A stretch of 32,000 bases of DNA from Desulfobulbus propionicus DSM 2032 (GTDB taxonomy: Bacteria; Desulfobacterota; Desulfobulbia; Desulfobulbales; Desulfobulbaceae). The position numbers and the translations under genes are program-made. Of the stretch, positions 15,198 through 24,316 are shown piece after piece. The notes below the pieces were generated by a model. That model searched no databases. It was not told the DNA's origin and saw only the letters and a program-made list of their open reading frames with translations. The stretch is taken from NCBI RefSeq assembly GCF_000186885.1, contig NC_014972.1, positions 660,001-692,000 of the forward strand, read 5' to 3'. Every line of letters starts with the position of its first letter. Position 1 is the stretch's first letter.

Positions 15198-16133
15198 ATG
15201 ACCATGAAGACATTGATCAATCGGAGAAGGTTTCTGCGGGGCAGTCTGGCTGCCTCGGCCGCGGCAACCGTCTCCCTGGCCAAGAAAACAGACGCCGCGA
15301 CCTTTGAGGGCTATCCCGACGCCATGGGCGTGCTGGTCGACCTGTCGCGCTGCGTCGGCTGCCGCAGCTGCGAGGCCGCGTGCAACAAGGAGCAGCACCT
15401 GCCCGCGCCGGAAAAGCCGTTCAACGATTTTTCGGTCTTCGACGAGCTGCACCACGGTCAGAAGCGACGCACCGACGAGACCCGCTACACGGTGGTCAAC
15501 CGCTACGACATTCCCGGCAGCGAGCATCCGCTCTTTCGCAAGATCCAGTGCAACCATTGCCTGGAGCCGGCCTGCCTGACCAGCTGTTTCGTCAATGCCT
15601 ACACCAAGACCCCAGAGGGCGCGGTCGTCTACGACCCCAGCGTGTGCGTGGGCTGCCGGACCTGCATGATCGCCTGCCCCTTCTATATCCCGACCTTCCG
15701 CTACTCCAGCGCGTTCAAGCCGCGGATCATGAAGTGCGTCTTCTGCCACGATACCCGCTTGACCAAGGGACTGCCGCCGGCCTGCGTCGAAGCCTGTCCG
15801 CAGGAGGCCCTGACCTTCGGCCGCCGTTCCGACCTGGTGGCCATGGGCACGCAGCGCATTCGCGAGAATCCCGGCGCCTATGTCGACCATATCTACGGCG
15901 AGCACGAAGCCGGCGGAACCTCCTGGATGTATCTGTCACCGGCGCCCTTCGACCAGGTGGGCATGGACACCTCGGTTCCCAAGGAGCCCATCCTCAACTA
16001 TGTCAAGGACTTCCTGTCCATCGTCCCCATGGTGCTGACCATCTGGCCGGCCTTGTTTGCCGGGTTCAATCTCCTGGCGACCAGGAAAGACACAATGGAA
16101 CAACAGAAGAACAACAACGAGGGGGAGGTCTGA
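15198..16133 (+). CDS. Tat-exported 4x[4Fe-4S] electron-transfer protein (HybA/DsrO/NrfC-like)
   Basis: Twin-arginine leader NRRRFLRGSLAASAAATVSLA; CVGCRSCEAAC, CNHCLEPACLTSC, CVGCRTCMIAC, CVFCHDTR...CVEAC; ATG at 15198 after GAGG. Confidence 0.9.
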   Translation: MTMKTLINRRRFLRGSLAASAAATVSLAKKTDAATFEGYPDAMGVLVDLSRCVGCRSCEAACNKEQHLPAPEKPFNDFSVFDELHHGQKRRTDETRYTVVNRYDIPGSEHPLFRKIQCNHCLEPACLTSCFVNAYTKTPEGAVVYDPSVCVGCRTCMIACPFYIPTFRYSSAFKPRIMKCVFCHDTRLTKGLPPACVEACPQEALTFGRRSDLVAMGTQRIRENPGAYVDHIYGEHEAGGTSWMYLSPAPFDQVGMDTSVPKEPILNYVKDFLSIVPMVLTIWPALFAGFNLLATRKDTMEQQKNNNEGEV

Positions 16134-16136
16134 GCC

Positions 16137-17390
16137 ATGCACACCTTTATCAACAACAAGCAGGAAATTCCGGTTGTCTCCCATCTCAAGCCGGATGGGG
16201 GGGTGTGGACCGTCAAGGAAAAACTCTGGCTGGGCCTGAGCCGCGAGGACTACAAGGCCCAGTTCCTGCGCAACCCGGTCAATTGGGTACTGATCTTCAT
16301 TTTCGCCATCGGCGTGCCGCTGCTCATCCAGCGCTACCTGTTCGGGCTCGATACCGTCACCCACGCCTCCAACGACTATCCCTGGGGCCTGTTTTTGGGG
16401 TTCGGGCTGTTCGGCATGGTGCCCCTGTCCGCCTCGGGGTTTCTGCTGGGCACCACGGTGGAGATTTTCGGCCGCAAGGATTTCGCGCCCATCGAACGGC
16501 TGGCCCTGCTCAACGGCCTGCTCGGCTACTTCTTTGCCGTCGTCTATCTTCTGGTCGATTTGGGCATGCCCTGGCGCCTCTACTACCCGATGTTCATCTC
16601 GCTCGGGCCGGCGGCGGTGCTCTTCCTCGTGGCCTGGCATGTGGCCACCTACCTGTCGGTGCAGATCGCCGAGGTGTCGTCGGCTTATTTCGAGTGGGTC
16701 GGCTGGCTCAAGGGCAAACGATTTGTCAAGTCGATCACCATCGGTCTGACCATCGCCGGCATCATCCTGTCCACCCTGCACCAGGGGGCGTTGGGCGCGC
16801 TGTTCACCTACGCGCCCACCAAGGTCCACCCGCTCTGGTTTTCGGCCAACTTTCAGTGGATCCATTTCTTCTGCTCGGCCATCTTCGCCGGCCTGTCCAT
16901 GGTCATCTGCTCCGCGACCCTGTGCAAGCATTTCATGATCTGGCGCTGCGACCGCCGCTTCCTGGACAACGTCGACCGATGCACTCTCGGGCTGGGCAAG
17001 GGATGTGCCTATGCCCTGATCACCTATCTGGTGATCAAGCTGGTCGGGGTGGCGCATGACCAGGATTGGGCCTACCTGCTGACCGGCTGGGGGCAATATT
17101 TCCTCCTGGAAATGGCGGTGGCCGTGGTGCTGCCGATGATCCTCTTCGCCTACGGGGTCAAGCACCGGCGCGTGGCCATGGTGCGCTTCGCCGCCCTGAT
17201 CAGCGTGCTCGGCATTGTCTGGAACCGGCTCAACACCTCGATGATCTGCTTCAACTGGCAGCTCTACCAGGAGATCCCGCATTGGAAGGAGGTGTGGATC
17301 ACCATCACCATCTTCGCCCTCTATTTCATCGTCTATCGGTTCATTCTCTACCGGTTGCCGATCCTGTATGAATGGCGGGGCGAAAAATGA
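16137..17390 (+). CDS. NrfD/HybB-like integral membrane quinone-interacting subunit
   Basis: About 10 hydrophobic segments; YPWGLFLGFGLFGMVPLSASGFLLG, STLHQGALGALFTYAPTKVHPLW, WNRLNTSMICFNW. Confidence 0.88.
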   Translation: MHTFINNKQEIPVVSHLKPDGGVWTVKEKLWLGLSREDYKAQFLRNPVNWVLIFIFAIGVPLLIQRYLFGLDTVTHASNDYPWGLFLGFGLFGMVPLSASGFLLGTTVEIFGRKDFAPIERLALLNGLLGYFFAVVYLLVDLGMPWRLYYPMFISLGPAAVLFLVAWHVATYLSVQIAEVSSAYFEWVGWLKGKRFVKSITIGLTIAGIILSTLHQGALGALFTYAPTKVHPLWFSANFQWIHFFCSAIFAGLSMVICSATLCKHFMIWRCDRRFLDNVDRCTLGLGKGCAYALITYLVIKLVGVAHDQDWAYLLTGWGQYFLLEMAVAVVLPMILFAYGVKHRRVAMVRFAALISVLGIVWNRLNTSMICFNWQLYQEIPHWKEVWITITIFALYFIVYRFILYRLPILYEWRGEK

Positions 17391-17466
17391 TGTGGCAGGT
17401 TGCGGATTCCGGCAGCCCCCTGGCCTCTTCCCGTGCCGGAATCCGTGACCACCTCGGAGGTCTGTC

Positions 17467-18918
17467 GTGACGTCCCGCAGACAAGGCGCTCGCCGGTGGC
17501 CATGGACCGATTGGCCGCTCAACCGGCTGTTTGCCGCCATCACCGTCTCGGTGCTGCTGTTTCTTTCGGCGGTCCTGGTTCTCGGCGTCCGCCAGTATCT
17601 GCTCTATCACCAATGCCGCCAGGCGGTGGCTGCGGGCGACCGGCTGCTGTTCCAGTTCACCGCCATCAAGGATCATCTCGACGGCTCCCTGATTGTCGGC
17701 GAGGAGGTCAATCTTCATGCCCTTGACGCGGAATTGCAGAGCCTTGAAAAAGAGGTGGGCGCATTGGCGGCCAACATCCTGGTGCCCGAGGGGCTGAAGC
17801 GGATGCTGCCCTCCCGGGTGGACCTGGTCGGTCTGGAGGTGCGGCTGCGGGCGGTGCAGGAGAACCGCCCGCAAAAGATCCGGGAAGCGGCGGAACTGGT
17901 CCGTTCCCTTGGCGGGATCAATGTCGGCTTGCAGCAGTTTCGCTTTAGCCTGAGTGATCATACGCAAATTATCCTTCTGGGCCTGCACAAGATCATTGCC
18001 GGCGCCCTGGGGCTGATCGTGGTCGTGTCCTGTTCGCTGCTGTTCGTGCTCAACCGCCGCCTGGCCGGCCCGATCCTGGCCCTGTGCAGGCTGACCGCCG
18101 CCGCTGGCCCGGACGAGGAGGATTCGAGCTGTTCCCTGCACACCCTGACCGATCGCATTCGCCAACTGCTGGACCGGGAGAGGGAACGGGAGCAATCCCC
18201 AGCGCCGGCCGCGCCGACCACCCCCGATCAGCTTCGTCTGGCCGCGCTCCGCTACCGGTACGGCGTGACGGGCTGGATCGGCACGGAACTGGCGAGCGAG
18301 CTGACCAACCGCATCAACGGGGTGATCAACTACACGCAGGCGCTGATCGATCTCAACGAGCAAGGGAAGGGGGACCGGCAGCAGATGGCTCGGGTCTGCG
18401 AGCTGCTGGCCAGCGAGGAAAAGAAGACCGCAGAACTGGTCGGAGCCCTGCAACGGATCTGTCAGTGGCAGCCCGCGCGGACATCAAGCGTCTCCCTGCG
18501 CACCCTGTTTCATCTCCTGGGCCTGATTTTCGAGAAATCGCTGCGGGCCGAATCCATTCTCCTCACCCTGCCGGCCGACTGCGATGCCGAGGCCGCGGTC
18601 GCCGCCGGCGATCTCTGGCTGGTGGCCCTGACCCTGGTGGAGCAGGGCCGCCGGATCCTGCTCGACGGCATGGCCGATCCGCCCGGGGAAAAACGGCTGC
18701 ATATCGAATGCAGGAAACAGCCAGGCGAGCGTTTTCGGCTGACACTGCTGTTCACCAACAGCGCCGGTCTGTGGGAGGCCCCCCTGGACCCAGTTTGGCC
18801 GTCGCTCTCCTTCTGCACGCATCTGTTGCAGGTGCATGACGCCTCGCTCACCCTGGAAGCCTCCGACGGCGGGACGCTCCTGCTCCTTGAACTGCCGTGC
18901 CGCGGTTCCGTGGCATAA
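17467..18918 (+). CDS. Membrane sensor pseudo-histidine kinase
   Basis: Two TM segments flanking an extracytoplasmic domain; degenerate H-box TELASELTNRINGVINYTQALIDLNEQG (His to Ser) aligning with the intact [23 protein letters not shown] of the 6944 kinase; no N-box or G-box. Confidence 0.75.
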   Translation: MTSRRQGARRWPWTDWPLNRLFAAITVSVLLFLSAVLVLGVRQYLLYHQCRQAVAAGDRLLFQFTAIKDHLDGSLIVGEEVNLHALDAELQSLEKEVGALAANILVPEGLKRMLPSRVDLVGLEVRLRAVQENRPQKIREAAELVRSLGGINVGLQQFRFSLSDHTQIILLGLHKIIAGALGLIVVVSCSLLFVLNRRLAGPILALCRLTAAAGPDEEDSSCSLHTLTDRIRQLLDREREREQSPAPAAPTTPDQLRLAALRYRYGVTGWIGTELASELTNRINGVINYTQALIDLNEQGKGDRQQMARVCELLASEEKKTAELVGALQRICQWQPARTSSVSLRTLFHLLGLIFEKSLRAESILLTLPADCDAEAAVAAGDLWLVALTLVEQGRRILLDGMADPPGEKRLHIECRKQPGERFRLTLLFTNSAGLWEAPLDPVWPSLSFCTHLLQVHDASLTLEASDGGTLLLLELPCRGSVA

Positions 18919-18940
18919 CGCCGTTTTCATGAAGACGATG

Positions 18941-18970
18941 ACGCCGCACTGTGGTGCGGCGTTTGTTTAT
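18941..18970 (+). terminator. Rho-independent terminator
   Basis: ACGCCGCAC-TGTG-GTGCGGCGT (9-bp perfect stem) followed by TTGTTTAT. Confidence 0.75.
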
Positions 18971-19058
18971 TCGTGACGCGAACCCCCCGCCGCCCAACCT
19001 GTCCGCCACGCTTCGCAACAGAACCGTGACAGACGCGCCACAGCATTGGCAGCCGCAC

Positions 19059-19074
19059 GCCACGGTCTTGTGGC
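19059..19074. promoter_or_regulatory. Palindromic regulator-binding-site candidate, site C1
   Basis: GCCAC GGTCTT GTGGC (perfect 5-bp arms). Confidence 0.55.
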
Positions 19075-19088
19075 CGCCATGGTGTGGT
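19073..19088. promoter_or_regulatory. Palindromic regulator-binding-site candidate, site C2
   Basis: GCCGC CATGGT GTGGT. Confidence 0.45.
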
Positions 19089-19104
19089 GCCACATAAGCG
19101 TGGT
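19089..19104. promoter_or_regulatory. Palindromic regulator-binding-site candidate, site C3
   Basis: GCCAC ATAAGC GTGGT. Confidence 0.55.
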
Positions 19105-19204
19105 GGCGCAATGCCTGCCAGCCGTCGGGGGATTTGAGAAAAAATTGTATTTATATCGGATTGTTGGACGTTGTGGTTGATTTTTCGTTCACAAGAGATC
19201 TTCC

Positions 19205-19220
19205 TGGCATCGCGGGTGCA
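19205..19220 (+). promoter_or_regulatory. Candidate sigma-54 promoter upstream of the small membrane protein genes
   Basis: TGGCAT-CGCGG-GTGCA, two mismatches to TGGCAC-N5-TTGCA; predicted start about 19231, about 42 nt before ATG 19273. Confidence 0.6.
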
Positions 19221-19272
19221 CTGTCAAGGGCAAAACGAAGTCTATCACCCTCACCACTTCAAGGAGGACACC

Positions 19273-19470
19273 ATGACAACCCAAATTATCAACAAGAACG
19301 AGACCAAGACCGATGTCGCCCAGGAAACGTCCAAATTCACCGTGCGGATCGTGATGACCATGGCCGGCCTGATTGGCATCTGGGCGTTGGCCTGCCTGAT
19401 TGGCGGCTTGGCCAGCGGCGGGGTCGGCAATCTGATTCAAGGATACATCAGTACGATTATTGGGCACTGA
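19273..19470 (+). CDS. Small (65 aa) single-TM protein of unknown function
   Basis: MTTQIINKNETKTDVAQETSKFTVRIVMTMAGLIGIWALACLIGGLASGGVGNLIQGYISTIIGH; AAGGAGG 7 nt upstream. Confidence 0.8.
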   Translation: MTTQIINKNETKTDVAQETSKFTVRIVMTMAGLIGIWALACLIGGLASGGVGNLIQGYISTIIGH

Positions 19471-19505
19471 TTTTGACACATCTAAACGGTTCAAGGAGAA
19501 AAACA

Positions 19506-19808
19506 ATGTCTGACAACAAAAGCAGCAAACGTGTATCGGCCATCATGCTGGGATTGGGCACCATCGTGGTTTTGTGGGTGGTGGCGGCCTTTGTCGGCGC
19601 CCTGCACCACACCAACTGGCAGTTCGGCGAATTGGCCCGGCAGTACATGTTGGCCACCGGGATGATGAAGTCGTTGCACACCGCGGTCGATTTTTACACC
19701 CATATCAAGGGCATCGAATATCTGATCTGCGTGGCCTTCTTCGTCGCCTTCCCCATCTTCTTCAAGTATGTCAACAAGGAGAAGCGCACCGTGCCGGTGA
19801 GCAAGTAG
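19506..19808 (+). CDS. Small (100 aa) two-TM protein of unknown function
   Basis: MSDNKSSKRVSAIMLGLGTIVVLWVVAAFVGALHH...YLICVAFFVAFPIFFKYVNKEKRTVPVSK; AAGGAG upstream. Confidence 0.8.
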   Translation: MSDNKSSKRVSAIMLGLGTIVVLWVVAAFVGALHHTNWQFGELARQYMLATGMMKSLHTAVDFYTHIKGIEYLICVAFFVAFPIFFKYVNKEKRTVPVSK

Positions 19809-19857
19809 AAGCAGGCAGGGTTCGGGGAGCCATGGCGGTTTCCCGAACAAGACGGAA

Positions 19858-19890
19858 AGCCCCATCCCTCCGCGGGGATGGGGCTTTTCT
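19858..19890 (+). terminator. Rho-independent terminator
   Basis: AAGCCCCATCCC-TCCGCG-GGGATGGGGCTT (12-bp perfect stem) followed by TTC. Confidence 0.85.
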
Positions 19891-20317
19891 TCGTGTAGAG
19901 GGCGGGAGGCGTGGGAATGGCGGCACGCGGCGTTTTTTTTGTCGCCCGTCCCTGGGTAGAATGGAGCGCACGATTTTGCCTTGAAGTGCGCGGGTGTTCG
20001 AGGTATGACTCTCCCCGTTTTTTCGATTATCGATCCTGGGCAGGGATCAAGGAAACCATCGAGGTTCGGCGCAATGGCCACAATATATGTCGTCCTATCG
20101 TTGACAGGGTAACACGAGCACGGCCACGCCGTGCATAGGCCTGTTGTCTGCTCGCTGCCCCTTCCTTCAGCAGATTTCTCCCTTCATTTTCAATCAGCCC
20201 GCGCCATCGGCAACCGATGCGCGCGTCGAGTGCAATTCGAACGAGAAACCGCACTGGTGTGCGGCCGCGCTTGCAACGGGCTGACTGGTCTATTCAATCA
20301 AAGACAAAGGAACACAC

Positions 20318-20986
20318 ATGTCGATCATCACAATCGCAAGAGGCTCATACAGCCGTGGCAAGGAGGTCGCCGAGAGACTGGCGAAGAAATTGGGATACGA
20401 ATGCATTTCCCGCGATATCCTGCTTGAAGCCTCCGAGGAATTCAATATTCCTGAAATGAAACTGGTGCGCATGCTCCATGATTGCCCCAAGATTCTTGAT
20501 CGGCTGTTCGACGGGCCCGAGCGCTATGTCGCCTACTACCGGTCGGCCCTGCTGCAGCATGCTCGTAACGACAATATCGTCTACCATGGCCTGGCCGGCC
20601 ATTTCTTTCTCAAGGACATCCCCCATGTGCTCAAAATCAGGATCAACGCCGATATGGAGAGCCGGGTGCGGGAGGAAATGAAGCGGGAGAACATTTCGGC
20701 CGAGGAGGCGCTTGCCGTCCTGAAGAAAGACGATGAGGAGCGGCGGAAATGGAGCCTGGAGGTCTACGGCACGGACACGTGGGATAGCCGCCTGTACGAC
20801 ATGGTCATCAATATCAGCACGCTGACGCTTGAGGACGCGGTCGACATCATCCACGGCGTGTTGCAAAAACCGACCTTCCAGTCAACGGTTGCGTCCCGAA
20901 AGTTGGTTGCCGACCTGGCGATCGCGGCAAAAAAACGAGCGGAGATCGTGAAGGCCAAGGGGAAAATCGAAACCGAGGTGATCTGA
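20318..20986 (+). CDS. Cytidylate kinase-like family protein
   Basis: ITIARGSYSRGKEVAERLAKKLGYECISRDILLEASEEF...; P-loop-like N-terminus and DxxRxxx NMP-kinase-like layout. Confidence 0.75.
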   Translation: MSIITIARGSYSRGKEVAERLAKKLGYECISRDILLEASEEFNIPEMKLVRMLHDCPKILDRLFDGPERYVAYYRSALLQHARNDNIVYHGLAGHFFLKDIPHVLKIRINADMESRVREEMKRENISAEEALAVLKKDDEERRKWSLEVYGTDTWDSRLYDMVINISTLTLEDAVDIIHGVLQKPTFQSTVASRKLVADLAIAAKKRAEIVKAKGKIETEVI

Positions 20987-21085
20987 TGCACGATCGGCTC
21001 GTGGCGCGTCCGAGCGCACCACGAGCCGTTGCCCTGTCCCGGTCGGCGGACGGCGGCGGCAACAGGCCGCCCGTCTCGGGGCTGT

Positions 21086-21832
21086 TCATTCCTCCAGGAT
21101 GAACTTCCAGGCGCAGAACCAGTTGTCCGGGTGGTCATCCGGCGGGCAGCCGACGCATTCGGTCTTGATGCGGGGATCAATGGTCTGGGCAAAGGTGGGG
21201 TATTCGACCATGCCCGCCGACTTGCACGGATAATCGGCCAGGCCCTTGCGCTTGCGCGCCGCCTGCACCCGACAGTTGTTCATGTAGAAGATGATGCAGT
21301 GGTCGTTGACCTCCTCGATCGACTGCTCGTTGATGAAGGCGTACATCCGCAGGCCCAGCGCCCTTTTCAGCGCCGGGATGCCGCCGGCCTCGGGCAGGTC
21401 GAGCAGTTTTTTGATCCGCGCCGCCTCGAAGGGGGAAAAGCGGGTCCAGCAGGTGTCGTTGCACCGTTTGGCGTCGCCCATGCCGAACCGGTTCTCCACC
21501 GCCTGGAACCAGATACCGTCGTTGGCCAGCCAGTTGATGCTCAACTTTTCGATCAGATCGGCCAGCACCTCCTTGGGCAGGGTCTTCAACACGGCGGGAA
21601 TGCCCCCCTCGGTGGGAAAATCCAGGGTCTTGCCCAACCGGTCGAGCTGATTGCCCACGCTGGCCTGCCAGACATCGTCCTCCACGGCCAGGGCCTTCTC
21701 CAGGCCCACCTGATGCTCCACCTCGGCGAACCAGGCGCCATAGTGGACAATAATCCGGCGAAAGCCGTCCATCACCATCCGCACCAGCAGATCCTGATCA
21801 GCCTGTTCGAGTATCACCTTGCCACTGCTCAT
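21086..21832 (-). CDS. Conserved hypothetical protein with Cys-containing C-terminus
   Basis: ATG 21832 preceded by AAGGAGGAGC; CNDTCW, CRVQAARKRKGLADYPCKSAG, TECVGCPPDDHPDNWFCAWKF suggest a metal-binding fold; family not recognised with confidence. Confidence 0.75.
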   Translation of the reverse strand: MSSGKVILEQADQDLLVRMVMDGFRRIIVHYGAWFAEVEHQVGLEKALAVEDDVWQASVGNQLDRLGKTLDFPTEGGIPAVLKTLPKEVLADLIEKLSINWLANDGIWFQAVENRFGMGDAKRCNDTCWTRFSPFEAARIKKLLDLPEAGGIPALKRALGLRMYAFINEQSIEEVNDHCIIFYMNNCRVQAARKRKGLADYPCKSAGMVEYPTFAQTIDPRIKTECVGCPPDDHPDNWFCAWKFILEE

Positions 21833-21903
21833 CCGTGCTCCTCCTTGGTTGCTGTTGTTCTTGCAGAACGCCACTCTTTACCTTCACCGACACTACTTGA
21901 ATT

Positions 21904-22959
21904 TTAGCCCGAGCGCATCCGCATCCTCACGCAGTCCCGGCAGGGAAGGGGCGGGCGGCCCGACCGATGCGCCCGGCGGAAGGCGGCATAGGGCGGCGCA
22001 TGCCAGAGGGCCGCAAAAGATTGCTCGGCGACCGAACCAAAGACGAGGGGATGAAAGGGAGTTTCTTGGCCGGCGGTCCAAACATGGGCGCCGGCGGCGA
22101 GCGGCAGATGGGTGTAGACGCAGGGCGAAAGGCTGCCGTCAACAGCGATAACCGCAGCTTTGTCGATGTTTTCGGAGCAGTCGCCCTTGCCGGACGGCGA
22201 TGTTCCCGAATCGCCACCCAAGCCGGCTGCCGGCCGGGCCAGCCAGGCATGGATGGGCAGGCTCAGCCCGGCACCGGCCGCGATCACCGCGTCCAATCGC
22301 TGTCGCAGGGCGGCATATTCCACCTCGTTGGCCGGGACAATCGCCTCGCCGAGCAGACCGTGATCGGCCACCAGGTCCAGGGTACTGATCACCACCTGCC
22401 CGATGCCCCGCCCGGCGAGCAAGGCAGGCAGGGCTTCCACGTCGTCCAGCCGGGAGCGGAGCAGCAGATAGGCGATATGAATGGCTGGCGTGTCCGAGGT
22501 CAGCGCATGCTTGAGTCGGTCGAGCCGTTCGATTGCCGCCAGGACCTGGCGCACACTGGTTCCACGGCGGATACGGTCGTTTTCCTGGTCAATGCCGGCC
22601 AGGGACAAGGCGACCACGTCCACCTGGGAGGCAATCAGGCGGCGGCAGCATTCCTCGGTCAGCAGCAGGCCGTTGGTGGTGGTGCCGACCGCGCAGCCGG
22701 CGGCCTTGGCCTGGTCGACGAAATCAAAAAAGGCGGGATGGGTCAGGGGTTCGCCCCAGCCCTGGAGATAGAGCAGGCGGGTTGTGGCGAGCAGCGGCCG
22801 CAGGGCGGCGAAGAGCTCGGGCGCGAGCAGCCGATTCTGCCAGCGGGAGGCGTAGCAGGTCCGCGGACAGTACAGGCAGGCGGCGTTGCAGTGGGTGCTG
22901 ATTTCCACCTGCAGCCAGTCGAGCCGGGGCGGGCGGTGAAACGGCCAGGGCCAGCGCAT
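21904..22959 (-). CDS. Radical SAM protein with C-terminal SPASM-like cysteines
   Basis: VEISTHCNAACLYCPRTCY (CxxxCxxC), GWGEPLTHP, C-terminal SPCVYTHL...LPCRDCVRMR. An upstream in-frame TTG exists at 22980. Confidence 0.88.
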   Translation of the reverse strand: MRWPWPFHRPPRLDWLQVEISTHCNAACLYCPRTCYASRWQNRLLAPELFAALRPLLATTRLLYLQGWGEPLTHPAFFDFVDQAKAAGCAVGTTTNGLLLTEECCRRLIASQVDVVALSLAGIDQENDRIRRGTSVRQVLAAIERLDRLKHALTSDTPAIHIAYLLLRSRLDDVEALPALLAGRGIGQVVISTLDLVADHGLLGEAIVPANEVEYAALRQRLDAVIAAGAGLSLPIHAWLARPAAGLGGDSGTSPSGKGDCSENIDKAAVIAVDGSLSPCVYTHLPLAAGAHVWTAGQETPFHPLVFGSVAEQSFAALWHAPPYAAFRRAHRSGRPPLPCRDCVRMRMRSG

Positions 22960-22973
22960 GGTCCCCCGTGCGC

Positions 22974-23876
22974 TCAGCAATCGGGCGGAACGAAAAGAGG
23001 GGGTGTGGCCCCAGCTGTTCCGGCCTGGTCAAACAAGAGGGTCATGCCCGCCATGCCCGGCCGGCAGCGGACGCCGAAGGCATCCTTCAGGGCGCGCACG
23101 GCCTGTTCGCCGGTGCAGTGGCAGGGAAGGAGCAATTCCGGTTGCAGTGGGCGCAGGGCCTGGATGGTCTGGCTCAGGCGCCGCCGGTCGGCGTTGAGCA
23201 GATGGAAGCCGCCGATCACCGCCCGGATGGGCAGACCGTCATTGAGTCGCCGCACCTGCTGGAGGGTGTTGATCAGGCCCGCATGGGCGCAGCCGACGCA
23301 AACGACCAGGCCCTTGCCGGTGCGCACCCACAGGGCCAGGTCGTCGTCCACCGGGTCCGGCCGGTGGCCTGCCTGGTCGAGATAAAAAGGACCGCCGGTC
23401 TCTTCATAGGCGGTTTCGCGGGCGATGGGGCCGGTCAAGCCGACGATGCCGTCGAGCATGGTTGGTTGCTGCACCCAGTGCACCTGTTCCTGGGGATGAC
23501 GGTCCAGGGCGGCCATGGCGTCACGCGGCATCTGCAGGGGCTTGGCGATCCGGTTGCGGATGGCGTAACGGGGATTGACCGCGGCCGGATGGCAGTGGAG
23601 TTGCAGGGCGCGCGACTGGCGCAGAACCGGAGCCAGGCCGCCGCTGTGATCGTAATGGCCGTGACTGAGCACCAGGTGATCGGCGCTGGTCGGATCGATG
23701 CCCAGGGCCGGGCCATTGTGCAGCAGGGCCGCCCCCTGACCGGTGTCGAACAGAATGCGCCTGCCGCCGGTTTCCAGCCACAGGGCCAGGCCGTGCTCGG
23801 CCATGAGGCCGGCCCCGGCCTCGTTGTCGACCACGATGGTAAGTTGGAGGTGTTGGCGCGGGCCATCAAAGCTCAT
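22974..23876 (-). CDS. Metallo-beta-lactamase fold hydrolase (dihydropterin phosphate synthase-like MBL group)
   Basis: TIVVDNEAGAGLMAEHGLALWLETGGRRILFDTGQG...DHLVLSHGHYDHSGGL...VVCVGCAHAGLINTL...GGFHL...CHCTG. Confidence 0.88.
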   Translation of the reverse strand: MSFDGPRQHLQLTIVVDNEAGAGLMAEHGLALWLETGGRRILFDTGQGAALLHNGPALGIDPTSADHLVLSHGHYDHSGGLAPVLRQSRALQLHCHPAAVNPRYAIRNRIAKPLQMPRDAMAALDRHPQEQVHWVQQPTMLDGIVGLTGPIARETAYEETGGPFYLDQAGHRPDPVDDDLALWVRTGKGLVVCVGCAHAGLINTLQQVRRLNDGLPIRAVIGGFHLLNADRRRLSQTIQALRPLQPELLLPCHCTGEQAVRALKDAFGVRCRPGMAGMTLLFDQAGTAGATPPLFVPPDC

Positions 23877-24316
23877 GGTTGTTCTCGCCGCATGAATTTG
23901 CCTTCGCCCCGGGCCATGCGTTGTTCGCCGCACCGTATCTCTGCCTGGAGATGATAGAGCGGCGGGCAGGCGAAGAGCAGGCGGGCACGGAGTTCGAGGG
24001 GGGTGTCGCAGGCAACCGGATGGAGAAATCGAACGCGCAGATCGCCGGTCACCGCCTGGATGCCGTGATGCAGCAGCCAATGGGTCATGGCCGCGTCCAG
24101 CAGGGAGGCAAGGACGCCGCCGTGGACGATGTTATCGTACCCCTGCAGCTCGGTTCCCGCCACAACGAATGTTCGCACCTCGTCCGCTTTGGTCGGTTCG
24201 AAGGAAAGACGCCAGGAGCGGGGATGCAACGTGCCGCACAGCAGGCAGTGCTCATGCCCCCGCAGGACCTCGGCCGGAGGCAGCCGGCCGAGAACGGACT
24301 CTTCCACGATTTTCAT
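23873..24316 (-). CDS. PaaI-like hotdog-fold thioesterase
   Basis: GYDNIVHGGVLASLLDAAMTHWLLHHGIQAVTGDLRVRFLHPV; ATGA-type overlap with the MBL gene. Confidence 0.85.
   Translation of the reverse strand: MKIVEESVLGRLPPAEVLRGHEHCLLCGTLHPRSWRLSFEPTKADEVRTFVVAGTELQGYDNIVHGGVLASLLDAAMTHWLLHHGIQAVTGDLRVRFLHPVACDTPLELRARLLFACPPLYHLQAEIRCGEQRMARGEGKFMRREQP

Noticed and set aside
15936-17543. 535-aa minus strand ORF antisense to the FeS/NrfD-like genes
   Set aside because: His/Asp/Gly-rich nonsense composition mirroring a membrane protein gene.
19104-19119. Alternative sigma-54 promoter TGGCGC-AATGC-CTGCC
   Set aside because: Weaker match and overlaps palindrome C3; the 19205 candidate has better sequence and a leader length matching the 11773 promoter.
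20118-20134. Inverted repeat GCACGGC-CAC-GCCGTGC upstream of the cytidylate-kinase-like gene
   Set aside because: Single short GC-rich repeat with no second copy or T tract; insufficient to assign a role.
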